From assembly GCF_003334765.1 (NCBI RefSeq), contig NZ_QOWT01000017.1: DNA of 64,000 nucleotides; one strand, 5' to 3'. The position numbers and the translations under genes were made by a program. The stretch's first letter is position 1. The number at the start of each line of letters is the position of its first letter. Below the pieces are notes generated by a model. That model was given only the letters and a program-made list of their open reading frames with translations, was not told where the DNA came from and did no database searches. Positions 16,384 to 27,450 of this stretch are shown piece after piece. This stretch comes from Escherichia coli (GTDB taxonomy: Bacteria; Pseudomonadota; Gammaproteobacteria; Enterobacterales; Enterobacteriaceae).

Positions 16384-17811
16384 CTAGCGCGACTGCTGAT
16401 TATATTCATCATCGCGTTGATAAGCTTCATCATTCGGCTGCTCCGGAACCGACCGAAGTCGATACTCTTCATCCTGGCTCACCGCCTGTTCAGCCAAATC
16501 CGGATTAATCTCGCGTTTAATTTCTACTCCTAAACCGCGAAACGCTTCTGCCTGCGCCAGCACATTTCCGCGCCCTGAAGAGAGTTTTTTCATTGCCTGC
16601 CGATAATTATCCTGCGCTTTGTCGAGACTTTGACCAATCGCGGACATGTCATCGATGAACAAACGCATCTTGTCGTACAGCTTGCTGGCACGATCGGCGA
16701 TTTGCTGGGCGTTGCGGCTTTGATGCTCATAACGCCACAGGTTGGCGATAGTGCGCAGCGCCACCAGCAGCGTAGTCGGGCTAACCAGCATGATGTTGTT
16801 TTTCAACGCTTCGGTGATCAGCTCCGGCTGGCGGTCAAGCGCCAGTAAAAAAGCGGGTTCAACGGGAATAAACATCAGCACGTAATCCAGAGTTCGCAGC
16901 CCCGGCAGCTGTTGATAATCTTTGCGTCCCAGCAAACGGATATGGTTACGCACCGACGCGATATGTTCCTGTAGCGCGCTTTCGCGGGTGTAGTCGTCTT
17001 CGGCGTTAAAATAGCGTTCATAGGCGACCAGCGTCATTTTGGCGTCGATCACCACATCTTTTCCCTGCGGCAGGCGCACGATGACATCCGGCTGCATCCG
17101 CGAGCGGGCGTCATTTTCGATGCTGACCTGGGTTTCATATTCATACCCTTCACGCAGACCGGAAGCCTCCAGCACCCGCGTCAATACTACCTCGCCCCAG
17201 TTGCCCTGGGTTTTATTGTCGCCTTTCAGCGCGCGCGTCAGGTTGATCGCTTCCTGGGCCATTTGCGCGTTGAGTTGCTGGAGATTGCGAATTTCGTGGG
17301 TCAGGGTATGGCGTTCTTGTGCTTCTTTACCGAAGCTGTCCTGAACCTGACGGCGGAAACCGTCCAGTTGTTCACGTAGCGGCGACAACAGGCTGTTCAG
17401 ACTCTGACGGTTTTGCTCATCAACCCGGCGATTGCTGTGCTCAAAAATACGGTTGGCGAGGTTTTCAAACTGCTCACTGAGGCGCTGCTCGCTGTTAATC
17501 ATCTGGCGAATTTTATCGTCAGCATGTTGCTGTGCGGCTTCCATCCGCGTGGTTACTTCACGCAGATCGGCCTCCAGAGAGGTGTTAATACTTTGCAGGC
17601 TGCGCACTTCGTTATTGAGTAACTCGCACTCTGCACGCCAGTGCTCGCTTTGGGTAATTTGTTGTTTTGCCGCGCTTAACTCCGCGACCATCTCTTCACG
17701 TTCAGCTAATTGCTCGGCTTTTTGCTGCGCATGTTGATAACTGGCAAACAGCCAGCCAATTGCCACACCCACCAACGCAATAACTGCGTAAACCATGATT
17801 GAGAAATCCAC
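16384..17811 (-). CDS. rmuC: DNA recombination protein RmuC
   Basis: 475-aa ORF with N-terminal TM helix and long coiled-coil region. Confidence 0.9.
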   Translation of the reverse strand: MDFSIMVYAVIALVGVAIGWLFASYQHAQQKAEQLAEREEMVAELSAAKQQITQSEHWRAECELLNNEVRSLQSINTSLEADLREVTTRMEAAQQHADDKIRQMINSEQRLSEQFENLANRIFEHSNRRVDEQNRQSLNSLLSPLREQLDGFRRQVQDSFGKEAQERHTLTHEIRNLQQLNAQMAQEAINLTRALKGDNKTQGNWGEVVLTRVLEASGLREGYEYETQVSIENDARSRMQPDVIVRLPQGKDVVIDAKMTLVAYERYFNAEDDYTRESALQEHIASVRNHIRLLGRKDYQQLPGLRTLDYVLMFIPVEPAFLLALDRQPELITEALKNNIMLVSPTTLLVALRTIANLWRYEHQSRNAQQIADRASKLYDKMRLFIDDMSAIGQSLDKAQDNYRQAMKKLSSGRGNVLAQAEAFRGLGVEIKREINPDLAEQAVSQDEEYRLRSVPEQPNDEAYQRDDEYNQQSR

Positions 17812-17902
17812 AACGCCTCCTGACGCAACAACTTACCCGCACAAAATAGAATTGTGCTGTACAAACGTCCAGTTGGAAAGGCATTTCCTGCGAGGCGCTA
17901 CG

Positions 17903-17935
17903 CAAAAATACAAAAGGCCGAACGCGTCGGCCTTC
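17903..17935 (-). terminator. Rho-independent terminator downstream of udp
   Basis: GGCCGAACGCGTCGGCC hairpin followed on the minus strand by TTTTGTATTTTT. Confidence 0.7.
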
Positions 17936-17951
17936 AGACAGGAGAAGAGAA

Positions 17952-18713
17952 TTACAGCAGACGACGCGCCGCTTCCACCACGATTTTCACCGCATGGCTT
18001 TCGGTTTGTTTCATCGTCTCAGCATTCGGGATCTCTTGCTGGGTGCGGTTAACGATAACACCCGCTACCATACCGGCACGCAGGCCCTGACTTGCACACA
18101 TGGTCAGCAGGGTTGCAGATTCCATTTCATAGTTCATTACGCCCATCGCCTGCCACTCTTCCATAGAACCTTTAAAGTGACGAACTACGCGACCAGAGTA
18201 AGTATCGTAACGTTCCTGACCTGGGTAGAAGGTATCAGAAGAAGCTGTCACGCCAACGTGAGTTGTCGCGCCAATGGATTTCGCAGCTTCAACCAGCGCA
18301 GTCGTACATTCGAAATCAGCGACAGCCGGGAATTCCAGCGGTGCGAAGTGCAGGCTCGCGCCATCCAGACGGACAGACGCCGTGGTAACCAGGACATCAC
18401 CCACATTAATATGCGGCTGAATAGCGCCCGTTGTACCGATACGCAGGAAGGTGCGAATGCCCAGCTGTGCCAGCTCTTCAACAGCAATAGAGGTAGACGG
18501 GCCGCCGATACCGGTAGAGCAGACGATAACAGGTTTACCATCCAGCTCTGCACGCCAGGTAGTGAATTCGCGGTGAGATGCCAGCTTAACCGGCTTATCC
18601 ATCAGCGCGGCGATCTTTTCCACACGATCCGGGTCGCCAGGGACGATGGCAAGCGTAGCCCCTTGTAAATCGTTTTTAGTGAGGCCGAGATGAAAAACAT
18701 CAGACTTGGACAT
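17952..18713 (-). CDS. udp: Uridine phosphorylase
   Basis: 253 aa from [13 protein letters not shown] with AGGAG RBS; track start is a TTG two codons upstream. Confidence 0.95.
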   Translation of the reverse strand: MSKSDVFHLGLTKNDLQGATLAIVPGDPDRVEKIAALMDKPVKLASHREFTTWRAELDGKPVIVCSTGIGGPSTSIAVEELAQLGIRTFLRIGTTGAIQPHINVGDVLVTTASVRLDGASLHFAPLEFPAVADFECTTALVEAAKSIGATTHVGVTASSDTFYPGQERYDTYSGRVVRHFKGSMEEWQAMGVMNYEMESATLLTMCASQGLRAGMVAGVIVNRTQQEIPNAETMKQTESHAVKIVVEAARRLL

Positions 18714-18786
18714 ATACAACTCCTCTGTGAATCGGTTTAGTCAGAAGAAGCAAAAAGACACTTTACCGAAGGGTTTAACATTTTTT

Positions 18787-18854
18787 CGTGATACTCATCA
18801 CCATGACGCAAATGCGTTGCATAAATTTACCCACCAAAAGTGATGCAAATCACA
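18787..18854 (-). promoter_or_regulatory. udp promoter region with two CRP-type sites
   Basis: cGTGA-N6-TCACc at 18787-18802 and aGTGA-N6-TCACA at 18839-18854, about 52 bp apart, upstream of udp. Confidence 0.65.
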
Positions 18855-18974
18855 TAAATCACCCTTCATTCTGCAGGACTGCATAAAAGATGAGCCGATT
18901 CAGGCAATGTGATTTGTTGCATGCTGACTATAGTTAACATTGCGCAACATTTTTATAAGGGTACGGAGAATACC

Positions 18975-19790
18975 ATGGCAACAACACAACAATCTGGATT
19001 TGCACCTGCTGCATCGCCTCTCGCTTCGACCATCGTTCAGACCCCGGACGACGCGATTGTGGCGGGCTTCACCTCTATCCCTTCACAAGGGGATAACATG
19101 CCTGCTTACCATGCCAGACCAAAGCAAAGCGATGGCCCACTGCCAGTGGTCATTGTAGTGCAGGAAATTTTTGGCGTGCATGAACATATCCGCGACATTT
19201 GTCGCCGTCTGGCGCTGGAGGGGTATCTGGCTATCGCACCTGAACTTTACTTCCGCGAAGGCGATCCGAATGATTTTGCCGATATCCCCACGTTGCTTAG
19301 CGGTCTGGTAGCAAAAGTGCCTGACTCGCAGGTGCTGGCCGATCTCGATCATGTCGCCAGTTGGGCTTCCCGCAACGGCGGCGATGTTCATCGTTTAATG
19401 ATCACCGGATTCTGCTGGGGTGGACGTATCACCTGGCTGTATGCCGCGCATAATCCACAGCTAAAAGCCGCAGTGGCGTGGTACGGCAAACTGACGGGCG
19501 ACAAGTCGCTGAATTCACCGAAACAACCTGTTGATATCGCAACCGATCTTAACGCGCCGATTCTCGGCTTATATGGTGGTCAGGATAACAGCATTCCGCA
19601 GGAGAGCGTTGAAACCATGCGCCAGGCGCTGCGGGCTGCTAATGCGAAAGCAGAGATTATCGTGTACCCGGACGCCGGGCATGCATTCAACGCTGATTAT
19701 CGCCCGAGCTATCATGCCGCATCTGCAGAAGATGGCTGGCAGCGTATGCTGGAATGGTTTAAGCAGTATGGTGGGAAGAAGTCGCTGTAA
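18975..19790 (+). CDS. dlhH: Putative dienelactone hydrolase-family carboxymethylenebutenolidase
   Basis: 271 aa from [14 protein letters not shown] with GGAG RBS; alpha/beta-hydrolase features. Confidence 0.85.
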   Translation: MATTQQSGFAPAASPLASTIVQTPDDAIVAGFTSIPSQGDNMPAYHARPKQSDGPLPVVIVVQEIFGVHEHIRDICRRLALEGYLAIAPELYFREGDPNDFADIPTLLSGLVAKVPDSQVLADLDHVASWASRNGGDVHRLMITGFCWGGRITWLYAAHNPQLKAAVAWYGKLTGDKSLNSPKQPVDIATDLNAPILGLYGGQDNSIPQESVETMRQALRAANAKAEIIVYPDAGHAFNADYRPSYHAASAEDGWQRMLEWFKQYGGKKSL

Positions 19791-19795
19791 TGAGA

Positions 19796-19826
19796 AAAGA
19801 CCGGGTGGTATTACCACCCGGTTTGG
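19796..19826. terminator. Bidirectional terminator between convergent dlhH and metE
   Basis: ACCGGGTGGTATTACCACCCGGT hairpin flanked by AAAAGA on one side and TTTGGATTTT on the other. Confidence 0.7.
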
Positions 19827-19829
19827 ATT

Positions 19830-22091
19830 TTACCCCCGACGCAAGTTCTGCGCCGCCTGCACCATGTTCGCCAGTGCCGCGCGGGTTTCTGGCCAGCCGC
19901 GCGTTTTCAGGCCACAGTCCGGGTTGACCCACAGGCGCTCTGCCGGAATGCGTTTTGCCGCTTTCTTCAGCAAGGCTTCAATCCATTCCACGCTCGGTAC
20001 GTTTGGCGAGTGAATGTCATAGACGCCAGGACCGATTTCATTTGGATAATCAAACTCTTCAAACGACTCCAGCAACTCCATGTCGGAACGCGAGGTTTCG
20101 ATGGTGATGACGTCTGCGTCCAGCGCCGCAATCGAATCCATGATGTCGTTGAACTCGCAATAACACATGTGAGTGTGGATTTGTGTGTCATCTTTCGCCA
20201 CGGCGGCGTTGATACGGAAGGCCTCTACGCCCCACTGGAGATACGCATCCCAGTCGCTACGACGCAGCGGTAAACCTTCGCGCAGCGCCGGTTCGTCAAT
20301 CTGGATGATGCCAATTCCAGCGGCTTCCAGATCGGCCACTTCATCACGCAGCGCCAGCGCAATCTGTTTGGCGATGGTTTCACGGCTGACATCTTCACGC
20401 GGGAACGACCAGCAGAGTATGGTCACCGGCCCCGTCAGCATCCCTTTCACCGGTTTGTCGGTCAGCGATTGCGCATACTTCGCCCACTCCACGGTAATCG
20501 GTGCCGGGCGGCTAATGTCACCAATGACAATCGGTGGCTTCACGCAGCGGGAACCGTAGCTCTGTACCCAACCGTTTTGCGTAAAGACAAATCCGTCGAG
20601 GTGCTCGCCAAAGTATTCCACCATGTCATTACGCTCGGCCTCGCCATGTACCAGCACATCCAGTCCCAAACGTTCCTGCTCAACAATGGCCTGCTTGATA
20701 TGTTCCGCAATGCCCGTGCGGTAGTTGTTGGCGTCGAGATTGCCCTTTTTGAAATCCAGACGCAGGGTACGAATTTCCGTGGTTTGCGGGAAGGAACCAA
20801 TCGTGGTGGTCGGCCACGCTGGCAGTTTAAAACGCGCACGCTGGGCTTCAGCACGCACTTCATAGACATTCGCACGCTGGCTGTCCTGGGCGGTGATCGC
20901 CGCCAGACGCTTTTCTACCGCCGGATTATGTACGCGGGTAGAGTGACGACGTGCCTGAATCGGGGCGCTCCACTCTGCCAGAGCTGCCGTGTCACCACTG
21001 TTCAGCGCATCGCGCAGCAGTGCCAGTTCATGGCATTTTTGTAGGGCGAAGGCAAACCAGCTTTTCACTTCTGCATCAAGACGCGTTTCCACGCTCAGGT
21101 CGATGGGGCTGTGCAGCAACGAGCAGGAAGATGCCACCCACAAATCACGTTTGCCGACAATGTCCTTAATTTGCGCATATTTCTCGGTAAGATCGGCGCG
21201 CCAGACGTTACGACCATTGATCAGACCCGCAGACAGCAACCAGTCAGAAGGCAGGCGCTTGTGCAGTTCAGCAACGTCATCTTTACCATGTACGAGGTCA
21301 ACATGCAGACCCTGAACAGGCAGCGCAGTAATCGTGTCGAGATTTGGCGTTACGCCTTCAAAATAGGTGGTCAGCAGCAGTTTCACCTGTCCCTGGAGCG
21401 CGTCGTAAGCGGGTTTGTATGCGTCCAGCCACGCCTGTGGTAGTTCCAGTACCAGCGCGGGTTCATCAATCTGTACCCACTCGATGCCGCGTTTCGCCAG
21501 TTCTGCCAGCACTTGCTGATAAACCGGCAGAATGTCGTTCAGCAGGCTCAGGCGGTCAAATTGTTCACCTTTCACTTTCCCCAGCCACAGCCAGGTAACC
21601 GGCCCCAGCAGCACAGGTTTCACCTTGTGGCCCAGCGCCAGCGCCTCGTCCACTTCGTCCAGCAGCTGCGTCCAGGTCAGTTTGAACTGTTGGCCTTTAA
21701 CGAACTCCGGCACCATGTAGTGATAGTTGGTGTTAAACCATTTGGTCATTTCCGCTGCCGCCGCAGGTTCGCCAGTCGGCGCACGTCCACGACCAATACG
21801 GAACAGGGTGTCGATATCTACCGAACCATCTTTGTTCTGATGACGCGCCGGAACGTTACCCAGCAGCAGACTGGTGGTCAGTACATGATCGTACCAGGCA
21901 AAATCGCCCACCGGCAGCAGGTCGATACCCGCTTGCTTTTGTTGATCCCAGTGACGAGCACGCAATTCACGCCCTACCGCCAGCAGTTCTTCACGCGTGG
22001 AGTTCCCCGCCCAATAACTTTCTTGCGCTTTTTTCAGCTCGCGACGCAGGCCAACGCGAGGGAAACCGAGGGTGTGATTCAATATTGTCAT
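19830..22091 (-). CDS. metE: Cobalamin-independent methionine synthase
   Basis: 753-aa ORF, recognised MetE. Confidence 0.96.
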
Positions 22092-22240
22092 TTTTTCTTC
22101 CTCTAATTATATGTAAATCCTATGGATTTTGAATTTAGGGAAGGCGGCAAGTTTATTCATCCCCGGGAGCTTACTGAAGTAAGTGACCGGGGTGGAGAAA
22201 CGCAGCCAACGCACCATAAATTTAAAAGACGAAGGATTTT

Positions 22241-22264
22241 AGCCGTCCAGATGTTTACACATCC
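22241..22264. promoter_or_regulatory. Candidate MetJ operator (three tandem degenerate met boxes) in the metE-metR divergent promoter region
   Basis: Tandem 8-mers AGCCGTCC AGATGTTT ACACATCC, each 5-6/8 matches to AGACGTCT. Confidence 0.45.
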
Positions 22265-22327
22265 ATAATTGGCGGTTACTGTATATTCCTCAAGCGCAAA
22301 TTATTCATGCCGAAGTGAAGGACTTTC

Positions 22328-23281
22328 ATGATCGAAGTAAAACACCTGAAAACGCTACAAGCGTTGCGGAACTGCGGCTCGCTCGCAGCCGCTGCGGCGA
22401 CGTTGCATCAGACGCAATCCGCCCTGTCTCACCAGTTTAGCGATCTGGAACAACGCCTTGGCTTCCGGCTATTTGTGCGTAAGAGCCAGCCGCTACGCTT
22501 TACACCGCAGGGAGAAATCCTGTTGCAACTGGCAAACCAGGTACTGCCGCAAATTAGCCAGGCCCTGCAAGCCTGCAATGAACCGCAGCAGACGCGTCTG
22601 CGCATTGCCATTGAGTGCCATAGCTGTATTCAGTGGCTGACACCCGCGTTAGAAAATTTCCATAAGAACTGGCCGCAGGTAGAGATGGATTTTAAATCGG
22701 GCGTGACATTTGACCCGCAGCCCGCCTTGCAACAGGGAGAGCTGGATCTGGTAATGACGTCCGATATTCTGCCGCGCAGTGGCCTGCATTATTCGCCGAT
22801 GTTCGACTATGAAGTGCGTCTGGTGTTAGCACCTGACCATCCACTGGCGGCGAAAACGCGAATTACACCGGAAGATCTCGCCAGCGAGACGCTATTAATT
22901 TATCCGGTGCAGCGTAGTCGACTGGATGTCTGGCGGCATTTTCTTCAGCCGGCAGGCGTCAGCCCGTCACTGAAAAGCGTCGATAACACCTTATTGTTGA
23001 TTCAGATGGTTGCCGCGCGGATGGGTATTGCCGCGCTACCGCATTGGGTAGTAGAGAGTTTTGAGCGCCAGGGTCTGGTGGTGACCAAAACCCTGGGCGA
23101 AGGCTTGTGGAGCCGACTGTACGCCGCCGTGCGCGATGGCGAGCAGCGTCAGCCAGTTACGGAAGCGTTTATTCGCTCAGCGCGCAATCACGCCTGCGAT
23201 CATCTGCCGTTTGTGAAGAGCGCGGAGCGACCCACTTACGATGCACCCACAGTGAGGCCAGGATCACCAGCGCGCCTGTAA
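22328..23281 (+). CDS. metR: LysR-family transcriptional activator MetR
   Basis: 317-aa ORF with N-terminal HTH, divergent from metE. Confidence 0.95.
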
Positions 23282-24068
23282 TAAACGTTGGCCAGTGCGG
23301 CTGTTGGTGCCAGATAGCCAGGTTTACCAGCAGCCCTGCCGGAACGTGCATATTATTCATAATGCCCAGCGTTCCGGCGTCCACCTGCGTCGCGCCGTAG
23401 TTCCACATAAAGTAGCCAATCCCGGAAGCCACCACGCCAAGAAACACCAGAATGCCCCATTGCAGCGTGGTTTGCGGCATTTTCTGCGCATTTCCCAGCA
23501 AGAACCATGCAATCACTGCCACCAGAAACGCGCCAAGATAGAACCACGCAAAGGCGTTATGCTGTGGCATCGGGCGAGTTTCCATCAGGCGTTTGTAACC
23601 CACCATGCCAATGGCAAAAGTGATATTGGAGAGTTGCACCAGCAGCAAGCCAGTCCAGAAATGGTCGGTGACCTGATCATAGCGAATAATCCCGGCACCA
23701 ATCACCGCCAGCAAGGCGCTAAAGGCATAGCCCCAGCGCAGACGGCGCTTACTCATGATGTCATAAATCAGCGTGATGTAGAGCGGCGTCAGCACGGTGA
23801 ACAGCAGCAGCTCGGAAACCGTCAGGTAGAGATAAGCGCGGAAACTCAGCATATACATCACGCCAAGCTGCATCGCGCCCACCAGCATATACAGGCCGAC
23901 CGTTTTCAGGCTATTGCCACGGGTACGCAGAAACGGCAGAAAAACGAGTGCCGCCAGGCCAACGCGCACCAGCACCGCAAAATAGCTATCGACGTGCCCC
24001 GCAAGGTACTCGCCATAAAAGCTAAAGGAGAAGGCCCACAGAATCGTGGTGATGATAAGTAGCGCCAC
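23169..24068 (-). CDS. yigM: EamA/DMT-family inner membrane transporter (biotin transporter YigM/BioP)
   Basis: 299-aa 10-TM ORF; 3' end overlaps metR 3' end by 113 nt on the opposite strand. Confidence 0.85.
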
Positions 24069-24143
24069 AATGGAAAACTCTTTGATTAACGGGTATCCAT
24101 TGTAGCGAAGTATCAGGTTGACAACTGACCAAATAAAGAACGA

Positions 24144-24944
24144 TTACGATAAATAGAGTTTACGCAGATAATGCGGCACCGCGTCGTCGGCATTAGTACC
24201 AATCACTTCCAGCTCGGGATGAAGGTCTTTCAGACGCTGGTGCGCACTGCCCATAATGCAGCCTTTCCCCGCCATCGACAGCATTTCGGCGTCGTTCATC
24301 CCGTCACCAAACGCAATACAATCCTTCAGGCTGTAGCCCAGTTTCTTCGCCACCGCTTCCAGCGCATGGCCTTTTGAAACGCCGCCCGCCATCACTTCCA
24401 GACAGGTTAAGGTAGAGAAACTGACGTTGACGCGATCGCCCCAACGAGCGTTAATCGCCTGCTCCAGCGGCAGCAGTTGTTCATGGGAATCGCAGGTGAA
24501 GAACACTTTGCTGACGCCTTCCGGCTCCAGTAATCCAGGCTCATACAGCGCATATTGGAACACCGCTTCTTTAAAAAAGCGCATCTCTTCCGGGCGATGG
24601 CGATTCATAAACCATTCGTCGTCGCGATAAACGTTAGTAATGATGTCCGGATTGTCGTTGACTACGCCAAACAGATCGCTGGCAATGTCGCGATCCAGGT
24701 TATGAGCAAAAATCAGATTACCATCCAGATCGTGAACGCGCGCACCATTGGAGGTAATCATGTAAGACTTAATCTCCAGATTATCGCGAATTTGCCCCAC
24801 ATCAACGTGGTGACGACCGGTCGCAAACACAAAGTTGATGCCGCGCGCGGTGAGCAGCTTCAGAGTTTCTTTGGCGTAAGGGGATAACGTATGGTCGGGA
24901 GAAAGTAACGTGCCATCTAAATCAGACGCAACAACCTGGTACAT
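24144..24944 (-). CDS. yigL: HAD-family sugar/pyridoxal phosphate phosphatase
   Basis: 266 aa from MYQVVASDLDGTLL (HAD motif I); track ORF extended 42 codons upstream. Confidence 0.88.
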   Translation of the reverse strand: MYQVVASDLDGTLLSPDHTLSPYAKETLKLLTARGINFVFATGRHHVDVGQIRDNLEIKSYMITSNGARVHDLDGNLIFAHNLDRDIASDLFGVVNDNPDIITNVYRDDEWFMNRHRPEEMRFFKEAVFQYALYEPGLLEPEGVSKVFFTCDSHEQLLPLEQAINARWGDRVNVSFSTLTCLEVMAGGVSKGHALEAVAKKLGYSLKDCIAFGDGMNDAEMLSMAGKGCIMGSAHQRLKDLHPELEVIGTNADDAVPHYLRKLYLS

Positions 24945-24951
24945 AAGAAAT

Positions 24952-25974
24952 TTAAACCTCTGTAGAGCGGTTTCCGCTGGGTGAGTTATGCCTGTTGAAA
25001 AAATCAACGATGGCGTGGAGCGCGACTGAGCGCATTGCGTCCTTTTCAAAAAGGATCTCATGGTAAGCACCTTTAATTACCAACGGCCGTCCTCCTTCGA
25101 CAGGATGGCCCGCGGCGGTGCGGAGTTCACAAAAACGGTCATGCATGCGGTTATCCACCACGCGTTCCTCTTCAGCCTGCAAGAGAAGCGTTGGCGTGGC
25201 GTCATCACCCGCACCGGCTAACACCTGTTCGCCAGCCAGAATACTTTCGCGTACCCAATGGTAGGTCGGCCCACCGACGCGAATCGTTGGGTCATCAGCA
25301 TAGAAGCGTAAGTTACGTCGATATCGCTGTCTGCTGTGGGTCAGTACGTTGATAGCAAACGGCAACGCGCGCCAGCGCCCGGTGCCTATTGCATAGCCAT
25401 CACGGAAACGTGGATGCGCTTCGGCCCAGTTGAGGATCTGCCGTGCCATAAATGACGGCATACGAATCACGATCCCAAACATTGGCGCAGTTAGCGCAAT
25501 GGCGTCACATACACCTGGATGGCGTTGCAGAAATAATGTGGAGATCGCACCGCCCATCGAATGTGCCAGTATATAGCGTTTACGCCACGGACCGGGCTGA
25601 ACCTCCTGCTGCCAGAATGCCGCCAGATCATCAACATAATCATTAAAGCGATTAACATGCCCGAGATGCGGATCGGCTAACAGGCGACCGGAACGTCCCT
25701 GCCCGCGATGGTCGATGATTAAGACATCAAACCCCAAATGGAACAGGTCATAGGCCAGTTCCGCATATTTTACGTAGCTCTCAATACGCCCCGGGCAGAT
25801 GACTACCACCCGGTCATGGTGCTGTGCGCGAAAACGGACAAAGCGCACCGGAATGTCATCCACACCAGTAAACTCTGCTTCATCACGCTGACGCCAGAAA
25901 TCAGTCAGCGGTCCCATGGTAAAAGCAGCAAACGCGTTTTCTCTTGTTTCCCAGTCTTTTTGCTGCTGAAACAT
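24952..25974 (-). CDS. pldB: Lysophospholipase L2
   Basis: 340-aa alpha/beta hydrolase with HSMGG nucleophile motif. Confidence 0.92.
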   Translation of the reverse strand: MFQQQKDWETRENAFAAFTMGPLTDFWRQRDEAEFTGVDDIPVRFVRFRAQHHDRVVVICPGRIESYVKYAELAYDLFHLGFDVLIIDHRGQGRSGRLLADPHLGHVNRFNDYVDDLAAFWQQEVQPGPWRKRYILAHSMGGAISTLFLQRHPGVCDAIALTAPMFGIVIRMPSFMARQILNWAEAHPRFRDGYAIGTGRWRALPFAINVLTHSRQRYRRNLRFYADDPTIRVGGPTYHWVRESILAGEQVLAGAGDDATPTLLLQAEEERVVDNRMHDRFCELRTAAGHPVEGGRPLVIKGAYHEILFEKDAMRSVALHAIVDFFNRHNSPSGNRSTEV

Positions 25975-26084
25975 CGGGTAATCTGCCTCTTAAACCACGT
26001 AAAATCGTTTTTTTTAGCGTGCCTGACACAACGCTGCGACAGTAGCGTATTGTGGCACAAAAATAGACACACCGGGAGTTCATC

Positions 26085-26705
26085 ATGACCTTAGAATGGT
26101 GGTTTGCCTACCTGCTGACATCGATCATTTTAAGCCTGTCGCCAGGCTCTGGTGCAATCAACACTATGACCACCTCGCTCAACCACGGTTATCGCGGCGC
26201 GGTGGCGTCTATTGCTGGGCTTCAGACCGGACTGGCGATTCATATTGTGCTGGTTGGCGTGGGGTTGGGGACGCTATTTTCCCGCTCAGTGATTGCGTTT
26301 GAAGTGTTGAAGTGGGCAGGCGCGGCTTACTTGATTTGGCTGGGAATCCAGCAGTGGCGCGCCGCTGGTGCAATTGACCTTAAATCGCTGGCCTCTACTC
26401 AATCGCGTCGACATTTGTTCCAGCGCGCAGTTTTTGTGAATCTCACCAATCCCAAAAGTATTGTGTTTCTGGCGGCGCTATTTCCGCAATTCATCATGCC
26501 GCAACAGCCGCAACTGATGCAGTATATCGTGCTCGGCGTCACCACTATTGTGGTCGATATTATTGTGATGATCGGTTACGCCACCCTTGCTCAACGGATT
26601 GCTCTATGGATTAAAGGACCAAAGCAGATGAAGGCGCTGAATAAGATTTTCGGCTCGTTGTTTATGCTGGTGGGAGCGCTGTTAGCATCGGCGAGGCATG
26701 CGTGA
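26085..26705 (+). CDS. rhtB: Homoserine/homoserine lactone efflux protein (LysE family)
   Basis: 206-aa 6-TM ORF. Confidence 0.92.
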
Positions 26706-26713
26706 AAAATAAT

Positions 26714-26743
26714 GTCGGATGCGGCGTAAACGCCTTATCCGAC
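26714..26743. repeat. Single REP element between convergent rhtB and rhtC
   Basis: GTCGGATGCGGCGTAAACGCCTTATCCGAC palindromic unit. Confidence 0.8.
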
Positions 26744-26766
26744 TTACTCTGAAGACGCGTCTGGCA

Positions 26767-27387
26767 TCACCGCGAAATAATCAAATGAATGCCAAATCCG
26801 GCAAATAACGCCCCGGCAAAACCATCAATCCACTTCGCCAGACGTTGATAACCACGGCGCATTTGCGGCAGGGCAAACAGGCTGGCAACGACGGTAAACC
26901 ACGCCAGCGTTTCGACAATGATCAGCGCAAAAATGCCCCAGCGCGCGGTAGTGCCAACGTTATCACCGACAAACAATGAGAACACCGAGCCAAAGTAGAT
27001 AATCGCTTTCGGATTAGCGAGATTGGTCAGTAAACCTTTCAGGAAACTGCGCCCACTTTTCGCCAGCTCGACCTGTGGCGCAGGTGCAGAAACCGCCTCT
27101 TTTTTCAGTGCACCACGTAGCATCTGGTAACCCATCCAGCAGAGATACAGGCCACCGCCCACCATAATCAGCGTATGCAGCCAGGCCATTTTTTCGATAA
27201 TCAAATGCAGGCCAAGCAGCGCAATCCCAGCCCAAACCATTACGCCGCAGGTAATGCCCAGCACGCCCATCATCGCTTCTTTACGGGAACGACTGACAGC
27301 GGTCTGAGAGACAAAAAAGAAATCGGGACCGGGGCTCATAAGCGCCACAATGTGCACCATGGCGACGGTGAGAAATAACATCAACAT
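26767..27387 (-). CDS. rhtC: Threonine efflux protein (LysE family)
   Basis: 206-aa 6-TM ORF, paralogue of rhtB. Confidence 0.92.
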   Translation of the reverse strand: MLMLFLTVAMVHIVALMSPGPDFFFVSQTAVSRSRKEAMMGVLGITCGVMVWAGIALLGLHLIIEKMAWLHTLIMVGGGLYLCWMGYQMLRGALKKEAVSAPAPQVELAKSGRSFLKGLLTNLANPKAIIYFGSVFSLFVGDNVGTTARWGIFALIIVETLAWFTVVASLFALPQMRRGYQRLAKWIDGFAGALFAGFGIHLIISR

Positions 27388-27450
27388 ACATTTGACTCGC
27401 GGGGGAAACGTTTACGGAGTCTTCATACTGGCACTTTTTTATGCTGCTGA

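Noticed and set aside
18911-18945. Inverted repeat TGTTGC...GCAACA upstream of dlhH as a possible operator
   Set aside because: Arms are only 6 bp with a 23-bp spacer, which is expected by chance in AT-rich promoter DNA.
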